From assembly GCF_009914755.1 (NCBI RefSeq), contig NC_060941.1: a DNA stretch of 64,000 bases; one strand, given 5' to 3'. This stretch comes from the human T2T-CHM13v2.0 reference genome, Homo sapiens. Under the pieces are notes generated by a model, which saw only the letters and a program-made list of their open reading frames with translations, did no database searches and was not told where the DNA came from. Positions 1 to 15,555 of the stretch are shown piece after piece; the first letter of the stretch is position 1, and each line of letters begins with the position of its first letter. Position numbers and translations under genes: made by a program.

Positions 1-480
1 AAGGACCTGGACCAGATCGCCTGTGGATACTGAGGGACAACTGTGCTTCTTTCTCACTCCAGGTCAGAAAGGAAGGGTGGGTTGGTAAACTCTTAATCTG
101 TTCAAGTTTTTGGATTGGTTGTAGCCAGGGTGGGTGATCTGGGTGGGCAATGGAGCCACAGAACTGAACGTTCAAGAAACTTTTAGATCCTAAGTTGGGA
201 AAAAGGAATCTCTCTCTCTCACTCGTTTTAGTTAAAGTCCTCTGTTGTACATGTGGTATTGGGCAGAGATACGTACAGGCTTCTGCAGCGTCATCAGAAC
301 TCCAGAGGAGAGGTGGCTTCCAGGCGGGTGAGCCTTCAGGACTTCAGGTCCAGTCTGCCCATTTATAAATAGGAAAGCAGAGGCATTGAAACCTCTAGGT
401 CCTAGGCTGCTTGAAGGCATCAAAGTGCCTGACTGGTCCTCAGAGCCTGGCAAAGTATTCAGCTTACAACATACATTTCA

Positions 481-909
<429 letters not shown>

Positions 910-2739
910 CTATTTGAGGAAGGAGAATCAATGAACCGGGTCCTTCGTGAGAAGATGTGGCCAGGTCCTGCCGTGAGGCCCTGGGTGACTCAGTGAGCAC
1001 TCCCTGTCCACAGCTCAGCGACTCACAGATGTCCCCAGGGAGAAGTACAGAAGCTGAGAGTCTGGACGAGGCCCCAGGCTGCCTGGCCCCTGCCTTCCTG
1101 CTCTCCTCTCCCACCTCTCCCGCTTAACTCCGCTGCAGCCACAGCCGTCTTGGTCTTCAGACAAGCCAGGCCCATTCTCCGCTCGGCCGCCTTGCCCCTG
1201 CTGCTGCCCTGCCAGGAGTGCTCAGCCTGTGGCTCTCTGAAGGACTGAGTCCTGGTTCCAACAGCACCTCCTCAAAGAGGACTTCCTAGATACCCTGGCC
1301 AGAGTCCCCACCCTGGCCACTCCCTACCACTCCCATCTGGTTTATTTCCTGAGCACTTGCTCCTGCTTGGACTGACCTGGCACGTCCCTGTGCTCGCTGG
1401 TGGGCTATCTGCTTCCCTCATCCGAAAGTGACTATGCCTCCGGCATCTGAGGCTGCACCTGGCATGTGGCAGGCGCTCAACAGACAGATGGTGCAAGAAC
1501 GAGAGAAAAAGAGGCCGGGGCTGAGCGTCATGCTGACGCCTCTGGAAACCTTTATCTCTGAGCAGTGGGGAGCCCCAGCTGGAAAAGGCCGCACGGCTCA
1601 TGGTGAAGGTGACGACGATGATGCATGTGTGTGCACGGCAGGTGTTAGGCTGACAATAAGTGGCCACAGTTAGCTGAACATCTACTATGTGCCAGATATG
1701 AACTTGATTTTTAAATCACTCCATCCTCAGAATAAGGCAAATGCTGCCACGACCCCCTTCTCACAGACGAGAGAGTCAAAGCCCAGAGAGACTGAGCTTT
1801 TTGCATCCAGTCTGGGATGTGGGGAGCTGAGATGTGCTCCCACAAATACCTGACCCCAAAGCCCAGGCTCTTTCTAGTGGGCAATGAACAGCTGAGGCTG
1901 TTACCAACTTTCTTCAGGCCCTGAATGGCAGCCCAACTTCCCGCTGACCCTGTTGTTCTTCTTTCTGCCCAGGGACTCCCTACCCTCTCAGAGCAGAAGA
2001 CAGGCCCAGAAACAGAATGTCCACTCACTCAGTCCATAAACATTTATTAAGCACCTACAACGTGCAGGGGTGCGGGGATGCAGCAGGGCTTAAGTCAAAG
2101 CTCAAGCACTGGTGGAGCTCACAGGTGGAGCTGCTGAGGGCATAACAAAGAAGTAGGCAAAGGAGTGGGCAGCAGATACTGGTCTGAACTGGGACAGTCA
2201 GGGGACAGGACCAGGAGAGCTGGGGCTGGGGACCTGGGTCGGGGGAGTCAGGCAGCCTCTCTGCGGAGGAGAAGCCAGCTTGCAGCAACCCGGGTGAGGG
2301 GCTGCCCAGCAGTCAGTGCACTTAGGAGAGAGTGGACTTAGTACACTAGTGGAGAAGAAATGAAGGCCAGTGTGGTGGGGGTGGGGAACAAGGTGGAAAC
2401 AGTTACTGAGCTAATGAAATATCATCTCGGGCTCCCCCACATGTAATCACAGCTATTTCAAAGTCTGGCACAGCGAAGCCCCTCCAGAAATGTCTGCAAT
2501 GAATGGAATTGGATCAGGTCAGTGTCCCGCTTGACAAAAACAAAAAGCAATGTCTGGTGCAGCCTGTCTCACAGAAAAATTTCCCTCAGGGAGGAGGATG
2601 AAGGTGAACCTCCTGGTTTTAGCAAACCAAAACAATATATTCAGATGGAATAAGGCAGATTAGCAATTCTCAGGTTGCAGGTTGCAGAGGCAGAATTTAA
2701 ACGTTTTGGGTAAAAAACAAAAACCCACTTAAGATCGTA

Positions 2740-3034
2740 TTTTTTTTCCTTTTTTTTTCTTTTTGAGATGGAGTCTCCTTCTGTCACCCGTTCTGGAGTG
2801 CAGTGGCGTGAACTGCAACCTCTGCTCCTGGGTTCCAGCGATTCTCCTGCCTCAGCCTCCTGAGTAGCTGGGATTATAGGTACCTGACATAATGTCCAAC
2901 CAATTTTTTTTTGTATTTTTAGTAGAGATGGGGTTTCACCCTGTTGGCCAGGCTGGTCTCAAACTCTTGACCTCAAGTGATCTACGGCCTTGGCATCCCA
3001 AAGTGCTGGGATTACTGAGCCCCTGCACCTGGCC
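2740..3034 (-). mobile_element. AluS (small internal deletions)
   Basis: Poly-T then gagatggagtctc...ctggcc; TSD ccacttaaga. Confidence 0.9.
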
Positions 3035-4225
3035 CCACTTAAGACCTTCTATGTTGCAGGATTTGAGGTTAATCTCCCATTACTATTGAAGGCTTATCTA
3101 TTTTTCCCTTTTTGCAGATAAATGAGGAGTTGTCTCTGGTACAGGAACTAAACCAGCTCTGGGATCCCTAATGGCTGGGCTGGCCTGGTTGCTTCAGCTC
3201 TGGATTCAAACTGGCCAAGGATACAGGAGCCCAGGGGTGAGAATGGTAAGATCCTGCTTCCAGCTGCCTGCCAGAACCATTGACTTAAATGTGTATAATA
3301 ACAGGAGCTAACATTTAATCATCCTAATAAAGCTATGAGGTGAGTACAAGTATGGCCCCACCCAGAGATGAGGAAAATGTAGCTCAGAGAGAATAAATTA
3401 CCTACTAAATGTAAGACATCCCAAACCGCTTCCTTCCCCAGTCTTTCCCATTTCACTAAATGACACCACCCCTTACTGTACTAAATTGCTCAAACAGAAA
3501 TCTGGGGATGACCCTTGATTCTTTCCTTGCCTCACCCCCACATCTTACCCATCACCAATTTATCTGTTCTATCTTCCAAAACACAGGACATCCTCAATGT
3601 GGCTATTTCTCTTCCATTCCCCCTGCTATCACCATCACTGTACCCACCATCAGCTCTCTGCTGAGCCACTAACTGGCCTACTACTACCACCCATTCTCCT
3701 CCAGCAGTGGCGGGTGATCTTTTTAAAACATAAGTCAGATGCCATGTCAGCCCTCAGTGAAAACTCTCTAATGCCTTCTCATTGCCTTTATTTTTTTCTC
3801 CGTCTAGTTGTAAGATTTTCCCTTTGTCTTTCATTTCCTGTAATGTTACATTGTACCTAGGGGTGATTTTCTTTCTATGTATGCTGCTAAGTGTTCACAG
3901 TCCTTCTCAAACCCATGGCTCGATGTCTTTCGTTTACTTGCAAATATTCCACACATAATCACAGCTATTTCAAAGTCTGTGTCTAGTAACCCCGCTATCT
4001 GGATCCCCTTGGACCTGTTTTGGTTGTTTGTTTGTGTTTTTCCCCCTGAATTGTGGTCAGGTCTTGTATTATTGTAAGGATAGACATTAAATAGGAAAAA
4101 TGGTAGAGATAATTTATGTCATCTTCCTGTTTACTTTTGCTTCTTCTCAGGGATTATACCTGGATCTCTGACCTTTGGGCTTCCTACTTCCCTGGTGCCA
4201 TGTTTCTGCCCTCTGCCTCTCCTGA

Positions 4226-4963
<738 letters not shown>

Positions 4964-5199
4964 CTTGGCCTGTGTTCAGTGACAGCACCCAAATCCCTAT
5001 CTGCAGTCTGGGCCTCCTTCTGGGCTTCAGAACTGAGGATCCATTGGCCTCCTCTGTGTCTCCTCTAGGATTCCTAGCGGGCATCTCAGTCTTAGCACAG
5101 CTTCACCAAAGTAAGCGTCTACTTCAGCTCCACGACCTGCTGTGTCTCAGCCATCCTGGTCTCAGAGGCTGGCATCCATTCTTCTGGTGGCCCAGGCCC

Positions 5200-5579
5200 T
5201 GCTGTGGTCTGAATGTGTCCCCCAAAATTCATGTGTTGGAAACCTAAACCCCAATGCAACAGTGTTAGGAGGTGTGGTCTTTGGGGAGGTGTCAGGTCAG
5301 GAGGGCTCCACCCTCAGGAATGGATTAATGCTGCTATAAAGAGGCTTGTGGGAATGGGCTCTCCATTCTCCTGCTCTTCCACCATGTGAGGGCTCAGTTC
5401 ATCCCTTTTTGTCTTTCCACCTTCTGTCATGTGAGGATCCAGCAAGATGGTCCACACCAAATGTTGGCACCTTGATCTTGGACTTCCAGCCTTTAGAACA
5501 GTAAGAAATAGATTCCTATTCTATGTAAATTACCCAATCTCGGGAATTCTGTTACAGCAGCACAAAATGGACCAAGGCA
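5200..5579 (+). mobile_element. MaLR LTR (MST family)
   Basis: tgctgtggtctgaatgtgtcccccaaaattcatgtgttggaaac start; gttacagcagcacaaaatggaccaaggca end. Confidence 0.85.
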
Positions 5580-6960
<1,381 letters not shown>

Positions 6961-8192
6961 GGTCTAAAACTAAGACAGGCCCTAAGTCCCCGGAGTCATC
7001 CTTGACTTCTCTTTCTCTCCCTGTCTCCTTCCCTTCCACCAATCCATTAGCAAACACTGTTGGCTTTACGTTCAAAATATGACCAAAATCATCTGAGCAC
7101 TTACCACCTTCAGGCCTGCTTCAAGCCACCCCCTACCAGCCCCTTCTCAGAGGCCCCCCCACCCCCAGGTGCCATGTACTCTGTTAGCACCTGAGCCACA
7201 GCTGAGCCCTCCACTGCCCAGGAACCTCTGCCACTCCCCAGCTGCTCTGACTAAACACTGGATCTTTATAATGGCCCTGGGCCTTGAACCTGGGCCTTCT
7301 CTCCCTGAGCCCTCTGCCACTCTCCCCTGCTCACACCAGGCCAATGCTGACAACTTCCCCTCTGTGCTGTTCCGCTGCCTGGAATGCTCTCTGCCCAGAT
7401 GTGTGCTTGGGTGACTGCTTGCCTCCCAGGAAGCTTGCCCAAATCTTGCCTCCTCAGTTAGGACAGCCCCGGCCATTCATCTCAAAGGCAAGGGGCACAG
7501 AGTATGGGCTCAGTACACGTATGGGGGAGGAGGGAGGGAGGGAGGTGGAGAGGGAGGAGGAGGAAGGGAGGAATGCACAGGCCATCTCATTCCAGCGAGA
7601 ACAGGTCACAAGGCACACCCAAAAGCAACCCGGGTGGTACAAAACTAAAGATGACCGAAGGCCACCATGAACAGGCGGGAGAGGGCAGCTCTGTTCATCA
7701 CCCCTGGGGCAGATGTGGAGACTCCAGATGTGTCACATCTGGACAGCCCCTTCTCTGCCCCTTCCTACCCCCTGCCCCGCCCATCCACCAGGGGTTCAAG
7801 ACAATACAGGAGACAGTTGTCCTCCTCCCAGGACCCTGAGAATGGCTGGGGCTGGGGAAGATGCTCAGTGGCCTTTGAAACTCAGCTTAATTTTGCGCCA
7901 AACGGGTGACCCTGCCACCCCCATGAAAAGGCAGAGCACTAGAATGAGAGTCCAGACTATGGACTCTAGTCCTCTTGATGTCCCAAGCTCAGCATGTGAC
8001 CTCAGACTAGGCACTTAGCCTCTGTGGGCCTCAGTTTCCCCTTCTGTCCAAATCAGGGGGGTTGGAATGTGGTCACCCAACTAAAAGCCCACTCTATACA
8101 CTGAGCGTCTACAAATACAAGGAACACAGAGTTGATTTGTTAGGAAACCCATCACGTCCATCCTGACCTAGATGGGTTTCACTCTGACGTTG

Positions 8193-8227
8193 TGCAGTCA
8201 AATGCTCTACCCCTGAGCTACACCCCC
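8193..8227 (-). pseudogene. Tailless retropseudogene of the 5' half of tRNA-Cys(GCA)
   Basis: Reverse complement GGGGGTGTAGCTCAGGGGTAGAGCATTTGACTGCA matches the human tRNA-Cys 5' half up to the GCA anticodon; flanked by direct repeat actctgacgttgtg at 8181-8194 and 8229-8242; no poly(A) and no 3' half. Confidence 0.88.
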
Positions 8228-9294
8228 TACTCTGACGTTGTGACCGCTGCACCTGGGCTGATTGTACCCCAGACCAGGGGCAATGTCACCTGGCACCACC
8301 CTTTCCCACTACTCTTCCCTCTCGAGAGAGACTGGGGTTTCACACAGAGCAGTCGAGCCCCATAAATAGCAGCTGGCCACTCACAGGCCAACCCTCCCAG
8401 GCCCCAAAAAGGAAGTGAGAGACAGGCAGACACTTCTGTTCTTCCTGCAGAAAGTGCTGCTTCTGCAGTGACTCGTCAGATGCTCCCCAGAGCCCAGCAC
8501 AGACCCGGCTCCACCCACTTCTGTGGGTTGGCCAGATGAGTGAGAAACACAGGCACAGCCAACGAGAGGGAGCTGAGGCCGGACCCAGGAGTCTTTTTCC
8601 TATGGTAGGGGATATCTCTGTGTGAGGAAGCCCCATGGGGAGTCCTTGGGTGAGTTGCCAGGAGGAGGTGACTCAGGATAAATTCCCTTAGGAGGTGCCT
8701 TCACTTCTAGATCCAAAGAGTCATCCCCTACCTCCTTAGGGTAAAACTAGATTTTGAGTATCACGGTGTTTGTGGATAACCTGGCCCCAGTGAGTCCCCT
8801 TGCAAGGGCCTTTGGAGATGCTTCTGCACATGGACACTAGGAGCCATGAGCAGAGACAGTCCCTGCAGCAGCATCTGAAACCATGAACCCCAGGAAGACA
8901 ACGTGGCACTGTTTTTGTCAGCCCTGCCTACGCTTTGCTAAAGTCTGTCCATTCAGCTCTTTTTCATGTTGACCGCACCACTGTTTCCTGCCCAGGTCCT
9001 GCCTGATATAGTAACCGGGAAAGGGATGAATGTGATGCAATGTGCTCTTGTAATGGAGCATCACAGAACAGGTCAAAGACACAAGCCACACAGCAACGAG
9101 CGCGGACAGGCAGGGCAGAGCACAGCTGCACGTAAGTACATTTTAAACACGGACCCCAACATAGCACTAGACATTGTTCATAATGCCTCCCTACATATGT
9201 AAAACACAAAAGTGGATTGGAGACACACAGAGGGGAGACTGCAGGCACCTCAGCCTCTCATCCCTCTTCTCATCAGGCCATTTCTGCTCTGCAC

Positions 9295-9470
9295 CAGCGG
9301 TTCTCAACCAAAGTGCTTCTGCCTTCACTGTCAGGAGACATGTGGCCATGCTGGGGACATCTGGGGTGTCTCAATGATGGGGGTGGGAGGGATTGCTACT
9401 GGCATCTGGGGGTAGAGGCCAGGGATGTTCCCAACCATCCTAGGATGCAAGGGACAGCCCCACCACAAAG
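9295..9470 (+). mobile_element. MER20-like hAT DNA transposon remnant
   Basis: cagcggttctcaacc...tgctactggcatctgggggtagaggccagggatg...ggacagccccaccacaaag. Confidence 0.75.
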
Positions 9471-10914
9471 CAGGTGTGGCCCCAGCTCGTTCACAGCTGT
9501 CTACTTCCTCCTGGCGTAGCTGTGCAACTTGTACAACCACAAGCAACACGTATTTGTTTTACAAGGAACTCACTGGAGACAGCACCCAGTCTGAGAACTT
9601 TGTACTATGGAAGGGTTTTGTTTTTGAAAACCGAAATTACAGAATAAATTACAGAGAGAGAGAGAGCAAGAGCGAGAGCGAGAGAGTAAGAGAGAGAGAG
9701 AAACTTCACCATATGGGTTCAAATGAGCAACCTGGGTATTCTTGGCTCCTGGTGGAAAGGGAGGTGCTAATCTCAGGTGGGCCCACCTGCTGTGGCATGG
9801 GGCTTGGTTTTGAGCTGCTCCTTCCACTCCTGGCACAGGAGGAGCAGATGTTTAGGGCGGCCACGTGACTAACTGGGCAGCCAAGACCAAGACTCCTGTG
9901 CACGCTGAAACTCACGTTCTCAGTGGAAAGGAAAGATCTGCTGACCGCTCACTCAGGATGAGGGGTGTGGTGAGTCAGCCGTGGGGCCTCTGTGTGGCCC
10001 AGACCAAACAGCTGGTTTTGGGCATGGCAGAAGTCAATGAGGCAAGGCCCTGATGGGTAGCGCTGACCTGAGTGCTACCTGGCTAAAGCCAAGGAGGAGC
10101 CATGCGGCAGAATCCGTTCATGCAGCTCGCATGCTACAAGTGGCTGCTAGTGTCTTGTGGAGATTTAAACTTAAAATCTTGCTTCTCAGCCCCATCAGGT
10201 ACATTTCAGGTGCTCAGCAGTGCACTTGTGCTTTGTGGCTGCCTTCTGGACAGCATGGATGCAGACCGCCTCCAACCATCCCAGAAAGTTCCATCACAGG
10301 CACTGAGCCAAAACTGGCCATGGTGATGGAGCTGCCAGGAGGGCGAAGCCCAATCTCACTTTGGTCAACATGGTCAACATGTCAGGGAAGGGTATCCAGG
10401 GACAGGTGCCCAGGGGCGGGTGCCCAGCTGCAGAAAGGTCTTCAGGGAACCTCCCTGCTCAGAGGCACTCTCTCAATGTCATCTCCTGCCTCCCAGCCCA
10501 ATCACACTACATCCTGTCTTGGCTGCTCTCCTCCACTCTGCCCCAAGCCTGAAGCCATCTGTCCTTCCTCTAAGCTCCAGGAGTCTCTGGGAAGTGTTTA
10601 TGGGTTAACTCTGTTGGAATGCACAGGGATTGCTCAGAATAAAGCTCACCAGCCTTTGTTGGCCTGGAGGCCCTGCCTGCCCTGCCTCTACTGCCTCTCT
10701 GTCCTCCCCCCTGGCTCTCTCCACCCCAGCCTAGGTTCCCCAAACACATCAGGCAGGGCCTGCTTGCGGCCTTTGCAGCTGCTGTTCCCTCTGCTCAGAA
10801 TGCTCTTCCCCAACGCCCCCGGTCATCCCCCTGCCCCCCACTGCTTCAGTCAGATATCTCAAATATCACCTCATCAGAAAGCCTCCCATTCTAGCCGAAA
10901 GAGCTCAGGTATAT

Positions 10915-11600
10915 GCACACTCACACACACACACACACACCCCCACACACATTCACACATGCACCACACTCACACACTCTGATTCTCACACACACTCACA
11001 CACACCCTACATGCACACCCCACACGCCCCACAGGCACACTCTCCACACACTCACACACCCCACAGGCACACCCCCCAAACACACACACCCCACACACCC
11101 CACAGGCACCCCCCACACACTCACATACTCCACAGGCACACCCCCCAAACACACACCCCACACACCCCACAGGCACCCCACACACACTCACATACTCCAC
11201 AGGCACACCCCCCAAACACACACCCCACACACCCCACAGGCAGCCCCCCACACAAACACACCCCATAGGCACAGCCCCCAAACACTCACACACCCCACAC
11301 CCCCCACAGGCACCACACACACACTCACACACCCCACAGGCACACCCCACACATACTCATACACCCCACAGGCACACCCCCCAAACACACACTCCACACA
11401 CCCCACAGGCACCCCCCACACACTCACACACCCCACGGGCACCCCACACACACTCACATACTCCACAGGCACACTCCCCCCCACACACACACACACCCCA
11501 CAGGCACCCCACACAGACATTCACACACCCCACAGGCACACCCCATACACACACACCCCCTGCGCACACGCCCACACCCGGACACAGCCCACAGGCTCCA
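10915..11600. repeat. CA-rich minisatellite/VNTR, ~16 units of 29-41 bp with core ccacaggca
   Basis: Core (a/g)ggca at 11033, 11065, 11104, 11134, 11171, 11201, 11238, 11267, 11308, 11338, 11370, 11407, 11437, 11467, 11502, 11534. Confidence 0.93.
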
Positions 11601-11650
11601 TGCGCCCCGCATGCCCATGCTGCCGGCAACCCGCTGTGATTTTCCTAAGC

Positions 11651-11669
11651 AGACGCCCCCTGGCGGCTG
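11651..11669 (-). promoter_or_regulatory. Candidate CTCF site (reverse orientation)
   Basis: Minus strand cagCCGCCAGGGGGCGTct, close to core CCACCAGGGGGCGC; locally CpG-rich. Confidence 0.6.
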
Positions 11670-12212
11670 TCCCTCCACCGATGCTGGAGAAAGCTGGCAC
11701 CCAGCAGCCGCTCCCAGGCTCAGGGGCCTGAACACCTCCTCTTCTCTTACCTGGCTGGGATTCATGCCAGCCAAGGGCCTCAGAGGGGATATGATGGGTT
11801 TCTGAGAGTCAGAGCCCTCGAATGGGGCTCCCAGCCCTATGCTTTGGTTTCCCCGGCTGTAGGAAACCCGTGTGGCAGGAGGACAGGTCACTGGACTCAG
11901 GATCAGACGAGCTGGGCTCCAGTCCCAACACTGTCCTGACTGGCTGTGTGACCTGGAGCAAGTTCACTTAACATCTCTGAACCTCACTCTCCTCCTCACT
12001 GAAATGAGGGAGTCAGTGTGTTGAGCAGGGTTTGGTGAAAATGTTTCTCTCCTGGATCCTGAGTGGTGGTGTCACTGACTACACACACTCTCTGGAAGGG
12101 GATTTGGTAACATGAATCTAGAGCAGGGGTCTCAAACTCAGGTGGCCCTGGGAGCCAGGTAGGTGATGTAATAGAGAGAGAGCCCATTAGCACAAGGGCA
12201 AGGGCAGCTCTG

Positions 12213-12511
12213 ATTTTTTTTTTTTTTTATATATATATATACAGGGTCCTGCTCTGTTGCCCAGACTGGATTGCAGTAGTGCAATCTCAGCTCACTGCGA
12301 CCTTGATGTCCTGGGCACAAGTGATCTTCCAGCCTCAGCCTCTTGAGTAGCGACAGATGTGCACCTCAATACCCGGCTACATTTTTAACTTTTGTAGAGA
12401 TAAGGTCTTGCTTGTTGCACAGGCTGGCCTCAAACCCCTGGCCTCAAGCAGTCCTCCTACCTCAGCCTCCCACAGTGCTGAGATTACAGGCCTGAGCCAC
12501 TGCACCTGGCC
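12213..12511 (-). mobile_element. AluJ
   Basis: Diverged Alu dimer in antisense orientation. Confidence 0.9.
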
Positions 12512-12531
12512 CGATTTTAAAGAAAAAAATT

Positions 12532-12835
<304 letters not shown>

Positions 12836-15173
12836 AATTTTGAGGTAAAACTTACATAACATAAAATTCATCATTTTAACTATTTTAAAGTGTACATTTC
12901 AGTGGTGCTTAATACACTCACAATGTTGTGCTACCATCAGCAGTATCCCATTCTAGAACATGTTCATCACATTTAAAGGACACCCGTACACATTAAGCAG
13001 TCATCCCCCATTTCCTCCTCCCCTCGTTCCCTGAAAGCCATTCATCTCCTTTCTGTCTTTCTGGATTTACCTATTCTGGCCATTCCATATAAATGGAATC
13101 ATACCATATGGAATCTTTTATGTCTAGCTTCTTTCACTTAGCATAATATTTTTATAGATTTATCCACATCATAGCACGTATCAGTATTTCCTCACTTTTT
13201 ATGTCTGAATAATATTCCATTATGGATAGAACACATTTTGTGTATCCATTCATCAGCTGTGCACATTTAGGGTGTTTCCACCTTTTGGCCATTACAGCAA
13301 TTACAATGTACTGCTAAGAACATTTGTGTACAAGTGTTTGTTACCAATTCCTTTGGGATACACAGCTAGGAGTGGAAATGCAGGGTAATTCTATGTTAAA
13401 CTATTTGGGGAACCACCACATTGTTTTCCACAGCAACTGCACCATCTTACATACCCACCAGGAGTGTACAAAGCTTCCAATTTTTCCACATTTTCACCAA
13501 TACCTGTTATTCCCCCGGCCCCAAAATTATAGCCATCCTGGTGGGTGTGAAAAGGTACCTCACTGTGGTTTTGATTTTATGTCCCTAATAATTAATGATG
13601 TTGTACAACTTTTCCTGTGCTTATTGGCCACTTGAATATTTTCTTTGGAGAAATGTCTATTTAAGTACTTTGCCAATTTTTAAGTTGGATTATTTGGGTA
13701 TTTTGTTGTTGAGTGGTGAGAGTTCTTCCTCTATCCTGGATACTAGATGTTTATCAGCTATATGCTTTGCAAATATTTTCTCCTGTTCTGTGGGTTGCCT
13801 TTTCACTCTCTTGATAGTGTTCTTTGCTGTATATACGTTTTTAATTTTAGTGAAGTCCATGTTATTTTTTCTTTTGTTGCCTGCACTTTTGTTGTCATAG
13901 CTAGAAAACCACTGCCAAATTCAAGGTCATGAAGATTTACCATTATGTTTCCTTCTAAGAGTTTTATAGTTTCAGCTCTTATATTTACAATTTTAATCAA
14001 TCTTAAGTTAATTTTTGTATATGGTGTGAGGTAAGGATCCAATTTCATTCTTTTTTATGGATATCCAATAGTTCCAGCACCATCTTTGAAGAGATTGGCC
14101 TTTCCCCACTGAGCAATCTTGGCATTCTTGTCCAAAATCAACAGGCCATATATCTGAGGGCTTAATTCTGGACTCTTAATCTATTTCGTTTTCTATATGT
14201 CTGCTTTGTCTCAATCCATTCCATTGTCTATATGTCTATATTCCATTCTGTAAGTCTGTCCTTATGCCAGTATCACAACCTTTTGATTGCTGTAGCTTTG
14301 TAGTAAGTTTTGGAAATCAGGAAGTGTGAGTCCGTCAATTTATCCTTTTTTTCTTTTCAAGATTGTCTTGGCTGTTTGCGGTCCCTTGCAATTCCATAGC
14401 AATTTGGGAATCAACTTTTCCATTTCTACAGTAAAGCCCATTGGAATTTTGATAGAGATCGCATCAAGACTGTATTTTGCTTTGGGTGGTATTGCATCTT
14501 AACAATATTAAGTCTTCCAGTCCATAAACATGAGCTGAGTTTCCATGTATTTAGGTCTTCTTTAATTTCTTTCAGCAATGCATTGTAAGTTTCAGTGTAC
14601 CAGTCTTTCATCTCCTTAGTTAAATTTATTCCTATGAATTTTATTCTTAAGGATGCTATTGTAAGTGGAATTGTTTTCTTAAGTTTCTTTTTGGATTGCT
14701 CGTTGCCAGCATATAGAAATACAACTAATTTTTGTGTGTTGGCCTTGCACTCCACAACATTGCTCAATTCCTCTGTTAGGGCTAATAGTTTTTCAGCAGA
14801 TTTTTTCCTATATAAGATCATGTCATCTGTGAATACTTTTATTTCTTCTCTTCCGATATGATGCCTTTTATTTCTTTTTCTTGCCTAATTTATCTGGCTA
14901 GAATCCCAGTACTATGCTGAACAGAAGTGGTGAAAATTGGGCATCCCGTCCTGTTCCTCTGTTGGGGTAAATGCTTTCAGCCTTCCATCATTGAGGGTTT
15001 TTCACAAATGTGCTTTTTCATGTTGAAGAAGTTTCCTCTGTTTCAAGTTTGTTGAAGGTTTTTAATCATGAAAAGATGCTGCCTTTTGTTAAATGCTTTT
15101 TCTGCATCAATTAGGATGATCATCTGGCTTTCTCCCTTCATTCCTGTAATGCAGTGGATTACATTGATTGATT
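12836..15173 (-). mobile_element. L1MB-type LINE-1, 5'-truncated (ORF2 C-terminal part plus 3' UTR)
   Basis: ORF2 remnants KLDPYLTPYTKIN (13803-14048), IKFIGINLTKEMKDWY..LLKEIKEDLNTWK (14426-14821), IDAEKAFNK (15043-15249); many stops and frameshifts. Confidence 0.93.
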
Positions 15174-15249
15174 GGGCAGCTTTGATTTTCCAAGATAAGC
15201 TGTAAATCTGCATTCTGATGGGAAATCTTACTTTTAAAAATGTGTGCAC

Positions 15250-15555
<306 letters not shown>

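Noticed and set aside
8193-8227. Functional tRNA-Cys gene
   Set aside because: Only the 5' half is present; no T arm/B box, 3' acceptor strand or Pol III terminator
10053-10982. Longest ORF in the track (309 aa)
   Set aside because: No recognisable domain, overlaps L2-like sequence and ends in the CA repeat; no splice or promoter support; compatible with chance in GC-rich DNA
10913-11731. 272-aa His/Thr/Pro-rich ORF and antisense Cys/Val/Gly ORFs
   Set aside because: Translations of the stop-poor CA-rich VNTR
13803-15249. Reverse-transcriptase-like ORFs as an active or domesticated gene
   Set aside because: Fragmented L1MB ORF2 with many stops and frameshifts
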